A stretch of 63,993 nt of DNA, filler included, from Gonapodya sp. JEL0774 (lineage: Eukaryota), in NCBI GenBank assembly GCA_027604505.1. It is 3 parts of 3 records of this genome, joined end to end, with 100 filler letters (N's around TTAATTAATTAA, not from the genome) between each part and the next. Parts side by side here need not be neighbours in the genome. Positions count along the whole stretch, not along the records: positions 1 to 26,989 come from JADIIX010000218.1; 2 more parts are not named here. One strand, 5' to 3'. The notes beneath the pieces were generated by a model that worked only from the letters and a program-made list of their open reading frames with translations, searched no databases and had not been told where the DNA came from. Of the stretch, positions 1 through 11,700 are shown in pieces. Each line of letters starts with the position of its first letter. Positions within the stretch are counted from its first letter, which is position 1. The position numbers and the translations under genes are program-made.

Positions 1-817
1 TGCCCATCCCCGCAACCCCCGTTTCCATCACTCCAGGACACGGATAGTGCCACCTGTTCCGCGGGGTCTCGCAAGCATCCTTCGACGAGAGGCTCGAAAC
101 AAACAGAAAATGCGCATTGCCGAGGTGTGTCGAAGACGCAGAAGTGGAGGCTTCGAGAAGGGTCAGATCGCCCCTCGACAATATTCAGCGCCTGTCTTTA
201 CGCCGCACATTAAGCCGATTTCCCCTGTTGAGGCAATTTCCTCGACTGTTACAGCATTCCACACGACTATCGCTGCTCCAACTGTCAATGTACACCCGAA
301 GCCAGCAACTGCGGAGAAGACTGGAAAGGTGTGTGACCAGAAGGTGGCGGAGAGGCACACTGGAAGTCGCCCAGTGTTCTTGGGAAAGAACCCCAAACTT
401 GTGCGAGTCGCTCAACTCTACCTCTCTTCTCTCAAAACTGTGAGCCTGGCCAAGTTCGAACAGGATTCGAAAATGGAAATCGTCGAAGGAGACTACATTG
501 CTGAAGAAGATTGGTAATTCTTCATGGCGTCAATTTTATGTTTCAAAGGTGAGTTCGTTGGGTGTTACGGTCACTGTGGTATGGGCGGACCAAGAACGTT
601 GCATCGTCTTGTGTTCCTACCCTCGTCCTGGTCTGCCTCTTCTTCGCCGCGTGTGCTCCACAAAAATGGCATTGAATGAGAAGAACCGGCCCACATTTCC
701 CTGAACAAATTACACATCAAAATTGCTACATTTTGGATCCCAATCCGGAGAACCGTCGGCATTCCAGAAAGTAACAAATTAAATCAAGTAAATGGATAAT
801 GTGCATGGGAAACTATG
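1..817 (+). repeat. Left copy of ~820-bp inverted repeat (partner 26150-26989); contains a 156-aa ORF of unknown function (47-517)
   Basis: Base 1 onward (tgcccatccccgcaacccccgtttcc) is the exact reverse complement of the end of scaffold A at 26989. ORFs 47..517(+) and 26464..26943(-) are near-identical. Similarity can be followed to aactatg at ~817. Confidence 0.95.
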
Positions 818-1051
818 TAATGCATTTATGTAAATGATGACACGCATCTAATTGACTATCTGCTGGCCTTTTATCTTCTGTCCATGTGTGCAACAACAAG
901 CACCGAGCCACTTTCCCACAGCCCAGCCCCTCCATATTCGCTCACTGGACGCTCAACATACTCTATGCATGCTCGCTTGGGGATGAATGGGGGAGGAGCT
1001 CGTGTCAACGCTGGCTGAGTGTCACCTGAAAACTTCTGATGTCAGAATAAC

Positions 1052-1077
1052 ATATGATAATATGATAATATGATAAT
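1052..1077. repeat. Short tandem repeat (ATATGATA)x3
   Basis: atatgataatatgataatatgataat read directly. Confidence 0.85.
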
Positions 1078-1550
1078 GGTAGTACTGATCATGTCGAGAA
1101 AGCATATCACAATCACACAGTTTACGCGGCTGACAGAACTCTTGAGACTATATTGACGGCAGAGATATCAGTGCTGGAGTTGGACGGTGTGGTCAATTCG
1201 GACCGAACGGTACCAGTCACTCAAAGCGTCCGGGGCACAATCCTCTGGCATTCTCAATACAGGGAATCATAGACGAAATCACATGTTGGATGCATTTCAC
1301 AGGAGGTTACTCAAGTTGCACCCGCCAATTTTGAAACGCTATCCTGTCACATTCCAAGTGCCAATTTGTGCAGTTAAATACATTAATAATTGAGGAATAA
1401 ATGAACAGAGGTCAACTCATTCACTTCCTTGATTACATTGCTTGATGGCATGTTATACGTCATCCGGAGTCGGGGACCATGACTACTGCAAAACTGCAAA
1501 ACGCCAGCACAACTTCGAGACTTCCTGGAAGCGATTCATTTCACTGCGCC

Positions 1551-3363
1551 ATGAGGCGACCAGCATCTCGACGTCGCCAAGTTGTTCCCATCTATTTCAT
1601 CCTAGTTCTACTGATCTGCGCCCTCATCCTTCCTCGGCTCACGACCGCTTCTGAATCGCCGGTGTCCACTGCGGAAAGTCGAAAGACTACTAGCGAGCCC
1701 GATTTGACAGGGATCGACGTGCTTGGGGAAGATGTCAAGGAAAAAGACGCTGTCCAGATCGTGGAAGGTGCAGTGAGCGTGAATTCAGAATTGGGGGACT
1801 GGTTTGTCAGAAAGTCGTGAGAATCTTGCAACAGAAACTACAACGGAAACGCCTGTCACACCCGCTCCCACACCAACCGACGATGCTTTCATTCAGAAGG
1901 TGATTGCAACAGAGTCTGTTGCGTCTCCTAAGGAGCCTGTCGCTGAAGCGAGTGAGACAACATCTGAGCTCGCACTTTCTGAGAGACCCGAGGTGACCGA
2001 GACTACCGCTTGGCCTCACTTCCTCAGCAAAACCGAAAGTGAAGGAAACCCCAGCACATCCACCTGTTCACAAACCCGTGCCTCAGGAGGAAACTTTGAG
2101 AGTGCTCCCTCACTCACCAGAGTTGGTCGTGACAGAGCTCGCCGCGCAAGTGGTAGCGGAAGACAAAAAGGGCAAAATTCAGAGGTGAGTAGTTGGTGTG
2201 CAAAATTATTCTCGTGGGTCAAGGTGCTGCTGTCGTTGAGTAGATGCCCGATGTGGCACTATCAAATTCCTGGAAGTTGCCACATACTCTTTGAGCACCT
2301 GAGTGCAGTTGCCCATTCTCCCATCTCCGAGCTTAATATTGAACCACTTCTCATAAGGCAATTCATCACCTTTCTGTAGGATCAAGCCTTCCAGTACCTT
2401 GAAGCTGACCGCGGATGGTTCCTCCGTTCTCAAACTGCGATTCTCCTCCGGCGATGCCTCACTTCCCGATAAACCCCTGCTCAATGTACATCAGGCGTTT
2501 GTGGTGTTCAAGGACGCCAAAGGGCAGGAGAACGAGGTGGTGATTGCTGCATCCCGTGGAGACAGTGAAGGGAAATACGTGTTGGACTTGGTGGGTGAAT
2601 GCAAAGAACGCACCGTAGGACGCCTCCACATTTTTTTTCACTGTGATTGTCACAATCATGGTTCCAGGACTTCTCCTCCGATAAAGTCCGCCAGCAGTTC
2701 CATCATCTCTCTTCCACCTACTCTTTTAGCATCCTCCTCGGCTCATTCACGGCCCGCAAGGGCTATTCATGGACCGCAGGTTCCATTGACCTGACTCTTC
2801 CTGAGGGTGGGAACTCCAAGCCCAAGGTCCAACCTGGGCAACCAGACCCCGAAGATTACATGATCAAACCAGAAATCCAGCACGTTTTCAGGCAGCCTGA
2901 GAAGGTACCACCGGTTATTGTATCAGTGTTGGCAATGCTGGCGGTGGTAATTGTGCCATGGGCGTTTTTGCTATGGGCGGTGAGTGGTGGAGTCTTGTCC
3001 TACGCCGTATGGGTCTCTCTCAAACGCAAACCCGTCTTCTGTCACTTCGCGTTTGATCTTGTTTCGTGCCATTGCTGCGGTATGGTGATGTCTTTTAATG
3101 GACTCTTGAATCAGTGGACTTCCCTTCCCATATCCTTCAATGTACCCCCTGCCCTCGCCTTTCCCACTCACGCCTTCTTCGTGGGCACGCTCGGCCTCTT
3201 TTACGTCCTTCTCTGGGCGTACTGGACGGTGCTCAACCTTTTCCAGCTGCTTGCTTACCTCGCGGTACTGGGACCTGTCACGGCGGTCGCGGGCAGGTTG
3301 GCGCTTGCGGAAATAGCAGGGAGGAGGCAAGCGAAGGTTGGGAAGGAAAAGAAGAAGGCATAG
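1551..3363 (+). CDS. SWP1: Oligosaccharyltransferase delta subunit (ribophorin II / Swp1), multi-exon
   Basis: N-terminal signal peptide (IYFILVLLICALIL); VHQAFVVF and KPEIQHVFRQPEKVPPVIVS motifs; three C-terminal TM segments ending GRLALAEIAGRR. Exons lie in ORFs 1479, 1804, 2399 and 2647. Confidence 0.85.
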
Positions 3364-3479
3364 AGAAGGTTGTCCTTTGTGAAAAACTAAATAAATTGGA
3401 ATGTGCACACATTTATTCATACAACGTTGCAATTGAGCAGCATCATGTAAAGGTCCCAAACTCCCTCCAGAAGAACAGT

Positions 3480-5181
3480 CTAAACAGCCACAGCTTCTTT
3501 TAGCTCCCCTGCTTCCACCATCTCCCGGACCACATCTAATCCCCCCAACAGCTCGCCCTTCACATAACTGCACAACAATTTGTGAGGTGATCCCGGGTGG
3601 TCAGTTGGTGGAAACAATACTCATATTCGGTGTTCGCAGAGCTACTCACAGTTGGGGGAAAGTCGGCCATTTCGAAAATTCTTTAAGACCTTGACGCACT
3701 TCGTCGTCACTGAGGATATCACTGTTACAGCGACGGAGGTCTCACATCAGTCCAGAATGTCCAAATCCTGAACCTCGCGAAGGTAGAACTCACAAACTAT
3801 CGAATTGTACATTTTGCTCCTTCAACAGGCCAACAATAGTCCGACTGAACCCGCACTTCTCTTTTCCGGGACTCCCTTTCATAAACAGCATAACTGGAGA
3901 TCGCGAGACGAGTTTCTTGAGACGCTCCTCAAGCGGCTCCTGCTTGGCGTTCAAGTCCACAAGTTCATCTGCGGGCACCATATTACGGAATTCCCCAGAG
4001 GCCACCAGCTCTTTTAGGATGTCAAGACCACCAACCAGCTCCGAGTTGACGTAGAGTTGGGGATAGGTGGGCCAGTTGGAGAACGTTTTAAGCCCTGGTT
4101 GGAGCACGACCGAAGGTCGCAGTCAATGTGAATTACAGAATTATGTTTGTCTTTGCCGCATCTGTGTGCGAGACTCTCGGTGATCCGAGATACCAGTTCT
4201 CTGCCGTAGAACACCACTTCCCACAATCCCTGCAACATTCACATACCTTGTCGTATTTCGTCATCCGCAAGAATGTTAAAGCTACCGTACTTTACGCCCT
4301 CCTTGTCCAATATTTCAATCACTTGTCTGCTGAATCCGCAACGTGGCTGGCTCGGGGTTCCTTTCATGAACAGCATCACCGGGTGTGCAGAAATGACTTT
4401 GCGAAGTCGTGTTTCGAGAGATTCTCCCGCAGATGCAGCCGGCGCCAGAATGCTTGGTGGTGCGGTCTGCGCGTATTTGGTGGTGGCAGTGGAGACAGAC
4501 TTCGCGTGCTTGGTGATGGAGGCAGTGAGGAGAGCGGCGTCGGCGCCAGAGATACGGTCAAGTTGCTTGGAATCCTGGTGAGCGGACAGTTATGTGTCAT
4601 TCCAGATAGTGACTTAAAAGGAGTCAAAAGAACACGACGACACTGAGTCCGACAATAACGGAACTTTGATGCGTCGTTTCTCATTGGGTCTCCGACTTGG
4701 TCTGCTTTTCTCGGTTACCACCGAACAACGCATGTGGAGGAACAATTTATTTGATGCCGGTCAGTGAAACACTTACTTTGAGGATAATGAAAGTGGGGAC
4801 AGAATCGATCTCAAACTTTTCAGAAACATCTCCTAGCTCTTCTGCTTCAATCTGTGGGTAGAGTTGGGATCACGATACGAAAACAGGTTGGGGTGAAGGG
4901 ATTCGGTGGTACCGTCAGCATCATTCGGCATCCACAGCTTCCCAGCACGTCATCAATCCACTGCTATCTCTCAATCTTTCATTCCTTCAATGCAGACGCA
5001 CCGTCCAGAAATGGACCTGAGGGAATTTCGCGGCGAGTTCCTGGAAGACTTCGTTCATGTTCTTGCACTGAGCTGCCCAGCCAGCCCAGAAATTGAGTGC
5101 CACGACGGCGCCTTTGGGCAGCTGTTTCGACAGCGATTCGAACTGTTCCGGAGTGGTCACGGCGATAGAAGTGGCTGACAT
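3480..5181 (-). CDS. GRX4: Monothiol glutaredoxin Grx3/4 (PICOT type): thioredoxin-like domain plus two CGFS glutaredoxin domains, multi-exon
   Basis: [17 protein letters not shown] (Trx-like), [50 protein letters not shown]. Confidence 0.93.
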
Positions 5182-5493
5182 GGTTGTGGTTTCGTTGGAC
5201 TGTGGTTCTGAGTACGGTTATGTTTGCAGCTCTTGTCTTACAGTTGACGCAATTATTCGCCACCCCTCGTACCGAGCAATGTAAAATGTGACTCTGGCGT
5301 ATATCACTAGCTCAACTCATGTAACTATGAACATTATGGAACCTTGCATAATTGTTGTGTCAACATACGTGGGCCAAATGGTCGGTCTGCCCTTGAGGCC
5401 GAGTCGGAGAGAGATTTTTCAAGCTTAATTTAGCTCGTGTTTATGCCACGTGAGCGGGGTAGCAGTGAGATATGACAAATCGAGATCGATTAA

Positions 5494-5634
5494 ATCTTAC
5501 CGTGACACTTTGTTGCAACTGTAATTCAAACATGCGACTGCTGTCGAGTAATCTACACAGTCAGCGTGAGTTACATGTGTATAGGGCACGCCCTGGACGA
5601 ATGCTGAAAGATGAGCCTGCCTCATGTCTATCTT
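5494..5634 (+). repeat. ~140-bp direct repeat, copy 1 (partner 7679-7820)
   Basis: Shares atctt-ccgtgaca...gagttacatgtgtat...ccctggacgaatgctgaaaga-gagcctgcctcatgtctatctt with 7679-7820. Confidence 0.92.
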
Positions 5635-5764
5635 CAGTGCCGTGTTCAACCTCTCCTAGTGTATCTAAATTATACCCCGAAAACGCGAAAGTAAACGCCA
5701 AAAGTCGCATATTGCTGGTCTTTGAACTAACGTGATCAATCGACCGTTTGAAGCACCGGTTTCA

Positions 5765-5893
5765 GCGTTTAATGGCGTTCAATGCTCCTGAACGCCGGTC
5801 ACTCGCATTAAACGCCCGCCGTTCAAAGTCCTTTACTACTAGCGTTTACATGAGGGGGTGCTGTTCAATGCGTTTATGTAGTGGCGTTTAATG
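5765..5893. promoter_or_regulatory. Cluster of GCGTTYAATG motifs in both orientations upstream of the hemerythrin-like gene
   Basis: GCGTTTAATG 5765, GCGTTCAATG 5775, reverse copy CATTAAACGC 5806, GCGTTTAATG 5884, and partial copies at ~5789, ~5842 and ~5863. A regulatory role is inferred. Confidence 0.45.
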
Positions 5894-6179
5894 CCGTTCT
5901 TCATAATGCTGCGTGAGCGGGGTAGGGTTATTGGCGGATACATTTATCCATAAAACGTCACAGCATATATTATCGCCCCACAAATCACGCTCTGGTATGC
6001 TGAAGCGCGTCCACCTTCCCCGCTCCCAAACGCACCTTGCCCCCCTCGCTTCGTCCTCCCCTACTCTTGCCATCCGATCCCTGCTTCGTCCTGTGTCCAT
6101 CCTTTCAAACAGCCGCCAAACTTCCCCCACACAGCGACTCCCATCCATACAGTTCTCATCTAAACAATACCAGACTACA

Positions 6180-7450
6180 ATGGCCGCCCAATCGCAACCC
6201 CCGCAGGAGTTTCAGGTGAGATGACAGTTGCAATATGTATATACAAGCCAATGCCAAGAGTTCAACTTATCCTTGCATTTGAACTTTTTCTGTCACAGGT
6301 GATGGTCTTCGCAGGTACGTTCATATGATTTCATGATCGATGACCCATATGAGCTTTCATGACGTCCGTCTCCCTCCGCCTTCTGCTCTTAGTCATGCGA
6401 AACACCCACGAAGGTACCTTTCCTCCTGATCGCACTGACCATGTTTGGTAGCACGCATATATTTCTCGCTTGATTGGTAACATGTTTCCTCTTTTTCTTT
6501 AGGAATTCGGGGCTGGATCGCAGAACTCAAGGAAGCGAGTGCGGCAGAGTTCTCCACCGCTCAAGCCGCAAAGTGCAAGGAGGCACTTGATTCGTTGCTG
6601 TCACTGATCACTGACCACATGAAGCAGGAAGATGAGGCAAGAATGAACGGTACAGTTGCTTCGTTGACACTCATATTCACGCCAATGTCAAACCCAGGTC
6701 TTTTTCGGTGTCCTGGACCGTCACTTTGAAAGCGTGGTTGCCAAGAATAACCTCCGTGACGAGCACACGAACGACTTGGTTGGGCATGCGGTGCGTTTTC
6801 TGTTGCTGGAGTCCTTTGGGAACAAAATGAACAGAGCTCACCGGTATTCACGATTGCGTGCCACTCAAAACCAGAACCTTCGTGCAGCCCTTGATGCTTC
6901 GATTGCAGCCGGAGATTTTGCACAGTTTCGCGCAGCAGTGGATAGCTTTGGTACCGAGCATATTGCTCATCTCGAGGTGTGTTCGTAGAGAGCGCCAACC
7001 GAATTCATCCGCAATCAGCCAACACAATCACTGGCCTATCGCACCCTAAAGCACGAAGAAAAGGTCATGATGCCCCTAACAATGAAGATTCCTGCTCCTC
7101 AACGTGTGGTGAGCCGCCCCTGGTAAACAACTTTTTGGTTGTCGTATGACTCACCCGTTTCAATGGGCACAAAGGGCTGCGTTCACGCTATTTTGACGTC
7201 CACTGCCGAGTCACTCCCCACCCTGGCTGGTCTCTCATCGAGCCAGATTGCCAAGCGCAATCCGTACCCCACGCTGCGCATGCACGTCGCAGCCATGAAA
7301 CGTGCTCTCACGAAGGAGCAATACGCACCTGTGAGGGAGGCTGTCAAATTGGCTGTTGGAGGGGAGAAGTGGGCAATGTTGGAAGGCCATGGGCTGGGTG
7401 GGGATGGCGAGTTTGCACAAGAGAAGGATGGGTCGGGGATGACGTATTAA
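6180..7450 (+). CDS. Hemerythrin-like (HHE cation-binding) domain protein, multi-exon
   Basis: Spliced translation MAAQSQPPQEFQ|VMVFA|VMRNTHE|GIRGWIAEL...DHMKQEDE|VFFGVLD...DEHTNDL...EHIAHLE|HEEKVMMPL gives the H...HxxxE...H...HxxxE ligand pattern. Confidence 0.75.
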
Positions 7451-7678
7451 AATCTCCCGTTTCTCAGAGGAGATATGGATCCGTATGGAGAACAAAAACA
7501 TGGCAATAAAAGTAATCAGTCAGACGCATTACAGTAATCAGAGCCCCAGTGCATCTGGCGGCACCTGCTTCTGCCTGTTGTCTGTTTCTAATTACAAACG
7601 CCAATCCTCTCCACTCAGAATATTGTGCGCTGGTAGAGCGCAAAACATGGTATACGACACATCGAGATTGATATAATC

Positions 7679-7820
7679 ATCTTGCCGTGACAATTTGTTC
7701 CAACTGCAATTCAAACATGGTGACTACTGTCGAATAATTTATGCACTCAGCTTGAGTTACATGTGTATCAAGCATGCCCTGGACGAATGCTGAAAGACGA
7801 GCCTGCCTCATGTCTATCTT
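7679..7820 (+). repeat. ~140-bp direct repeat, copy 2 (partner 5494-5634)
   Basis: See copy 1. Confidence 0.92.
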
Positions 7821-8728
7821 TAGATGTAATCTGACCGCGTCTATCTCCGCAGAGATCATCGAGCCTGGGAACAAGAACAGACAAGCAAGCGGACGACGAC
7901 GATAAGAGTAAATGGTGGAACAAAAAGAAGTGGGAAATTTGTGCGTATCGCGGTGACATTTTATTTGGCGAAGAAGATAGACGAACAAGAACACCATGAA
8001 GGATGAGCCGGACTGAAATGCTCTGACAGGGCCTCCACAAGGAACTCTGGCACGAGTGGATACCACGCACGCGGAGAATTCGGAGCGACGGAAGTGAGTG
8101 AGAAACGCGGACAGGAAAACGACAGAGCAGGAAAAAGAGCGGAGGAATTTACACCAGAGATTCGAGGGAAAATAAGAGGTGGGTAGAACGCGGGGTGGGG
8201 AAAGGGGAAAAGGGGGCCAGTTGGGGAAAGGTGAATGGGCTCTTGGTTGGGAGGAGGCAAGGGGGCCAGCAGAGAGGATTGGTGGCTGAGAATTCTCGCT
8301 ATTGCGACTCGAGGAGGGAAGAGAGAAGCAGAAAAAAGAAGGGGGTTGGAGTTGGGGAGATGTTGTACACGGGTGTGTCCGAGTTCCAGGTGGAGGAGGG
8401 AAGGTGCAGAGGAGAAGAGCGGGAGTCCTTATTGAAATTCTTAACAGGAAAGAGAGAAGAAGAAAAGAAAGACGGGGAGCCGGAATTCGTGAGACGACAA
8501 GTTGGAGTGAGTGGGTGACGGAAGTTGCCGGTGGGACTGGGAGAATTGGCGGAAGATCAAGAGCGGGACAACAGGGAATGCGCACAGACACGCTGCAGCA
8601 GAGCAGACAGGCGCAGTGACTGCGCACGCTCACTCATCTGCCGGTGTCTCCGCCACCACGCAACACCGACTCTCACACACAACACTCCCACACCCAGGAG
8701 CGCGCCAGTGCACTCCACCCCCCTTGCA

Positions 8729-11700
8729 ATGCTCGCACTCGCCCATTCAATCCCGCTCTCTCACTCGATCAAAAGAAACCCCTCTGTCGACAACCCGCAC
8801 TCTCCCTCCCCGTACCCCTCCCCGTACTCCTCGGACGCCTCTGACCCCGCAGACTCATCCGACCCCCCCACACCCGCGCTCCCGCTCTCCCCATCCTCTC
8901 CAAACATCTCCCATCTCTCCTTTTCCCAGTCCGCGTTCCCAATGTCTCACGCCCTCTTCTCCCACGACCACCTCTTCCCCCTCTCCGACTCGGTCTCCTC
9001 CTCCTCCCTCCCTTCCGCCTCCGCAATCATCCCTCCGTCAATCCTACCAAACCACCCAGACCTCCTCCTCAACCACGACCACCTCAGCCCCCACATCGAC
9101 ACGCTCGACTCGATCGACCCCTCGGAGCTGCTCAACCGCCTCGACATGACAATGGATCTTAACCTGTCCTCATCCACCATTAACGACCACATCGGACACA
9201 ACACCCATCGCATGCACGCCTCCGTGTACCACGACTCGGTCATGCACGACGCGCAGGCTAGTGACGACTTAGTCGAGGTTCATCGGGACGCGGACGCAGA
9301 ACAGGATACAGACGCGGACGCCGATGTGGATTTGGATCTTAATATGGATACAAGGATAGACGCGGATCCGTACGGAGACGGAGACGCGTACGGAGTTGGA
9401 GATGCAGTAGCCCAATCATCCTCCGACTCCTACTCAGCCATTGCACGGTCCTACCACGCGTTCTTGGCAACCGCTGCGGGTCCTCGAATCGGGTCCGCCA
9501 CCAGTGGTCGTGATCGCACTGGTTCCTCCGCCGCCCCAGGTCGTGACGCTCTCACCACCCACCAACACTCGGCTCGCCAAGGTTCCTCTCACCAGGCAGC
9601 CCACCGCACCGCTCTGCAGGGCATGAACCCCGCACCCACAGCACCTGCAGCATCCGGAATCGCATTGGCCCCTGCGAACCAGCCAACCCGTCGCACCGGT
9701 GCCGGCGCCGGCACCTTACCAATCTCAAGCAGTGTCGCTCCATCCTTCACTACCCCCCCGCCAGCGGCCCGCTCCCGTCCTGCACCACCCCCCACCCCCT
9801 CCACCCCCAGCAGCACCCCCTCGTCCCCCCTCACTCCCCCTCCTGCGCTCACCGAACCCTGCACGCCGGCCCTCCGCACGACCCACCTCGCCCTCCTCAA
9901 ACGCCACCTCGACGCCACCCACCTCAACCTCGGCGTCTCTGGGTCCACTGCCCCACCGCTCCCGTACACCCTCCGCATCCTCGGCGTCCCCCTCCTCGGC
10001 GCCCGCAGCCGCGTCGAAACCCAAACCCGCATATGCATCCAATTGTGCCCCGCCCCCGCCACGCCTTTCTCCGACGCAGACGCAGCCTCAACCGACACCA
10101 AACCTCCGCCGCACATCACCCGGCCCCCGTTTTCCCATCTCAGACTTCCACTGCACACCCTCGCGTCCCGGGAACGGGTGAGGAGGTCGCGGGCCGATAA
10201 GGAGGCCGGGAACACGCCGGGAAGGGGGGAAACTGCGGGTATAGAGGCGGTGGTTGTGTGTGCCACGGGGGGTGGCGCGGGTTGGGTCGGGAGGGAAGTG
10301 GAGTGTTGTGGGGGGTGTGTGGGGAGGGAGGTGGGTTGTGGTGCGGGGGTCGGGGGTTGGGGAAGGGGGGGGGCAGGGGGTGCGCGGGGTGGTTGGGCCG
10401 TGTGCTTGTGCAGGGTTGTGTGACATAGCGCCACCTGGCAAGATGGAATTGGTTCATTTCATTGTGTTGGTTTGGGGAATCCCCGCTCGATTCCTACTCC
10501 ATATCACCGTACCCAACGCTCTCGCTCTCCCTATGGTCCCTCCTCCAACCTTACTCACCTCCCTTGCCTTTCCCCCCTCCCTCAGCTCAAGCGCATCCGC
10601 CCCCGGCCCTCGGATCCCTCCCCCTCTCCCTCACACAACCTTCCCCGCGACGACGACCCTATCCTCACCCAACCCACACGTCGCATCCTCCTCTTCAACG
10701 CAAACGAGTACGTGGACTTTTCCGGTGGAGGGGCCATATTGCCCACCAGGGTCACGTGTTATTGCAGGCATTGGGATGAGAAGGTCGGGTTCTGGTGAGT
10801 GTGGGAGGGGCGGGTGTGTGTGTGTGGGGGGGGGGGCGGCATTGGCCCAGGTTGGGGGTTGTGAGGGGTTGTTGATTGAGCGCGGGTTCAACGATGTGGA
10901 AAGATGTGGATTCGAGGAAGCGGGCATGTGACAGTATTTGACCTTTGCATTTCCCCCCTTTCTTTCTTCGTTCCTTTTCGGCGTGTGCATGCATCGGCAT
11001 CTTGTGGCCGTCCAGCATCTACTTCATCCTCCGCGACCACACTGGCACGCCCATCGCCACGGGTCTCAGCCCGCCCATCCTCGTTACAGACGACCACAAG
11101 AGTCAAGTCAAGAGCCAGAGCCAGGGCATGGTGGTCGGCAAAATTGTCGGCGGGGTGGGCAACAGTACCGGCACCGGAACAGGATCAGGAACCGGCGCGT
11201 TTCAGCAGGTGCCCCTCCCCGTGCTCGTCCAGGTGCAGCAAGTGCCTATCCAACAGATGCGCAAACGGCAGCGCCTGCTCGATGAGGAGGAAGAGTACTC
11301 GGCTGGGTGGGACAAGGTTGGGGCCAGGCCGGTCGCCAAGCCAAGAAAAAGAAACACTGGGAATGGGAAGGGGGACGGAAATGCCGGGGCTGGGGCAGGA
11401 TCACCACCCACATCGGCAGGGTTCGCGAACGGAGGGGTGAAGTTGTCGTCATCGGTGGTCCAGCGGCACACGTCGGTGAAGAGGGAGTCGCCGCCTCCAG
11501 CATCGCAGCCTGCGCCCGAGGATGCGCCGAGTCCGGCGATGTCGGTCTCGTCGGCGCATTTGCCCGGGAGTTATCCGGCGTCACCGCCTCCTCAGTCACA
11601 AGCAGTCGCCCCGTTAAGCAGTGGGATCACTCGAACCGACAGGGATCAGGACCGGGAGCGTGACCGCCGCACCCCGCCGAGGAGGACCACGGGCACACCT

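Noticed and set aside
7677..8633. 318-aa minus-strand ORF and overlapping ORFs upstream of MGA2
   Set aside because: By-product of a purine-rich low-complexity intergenic tract; no recognisable domain.
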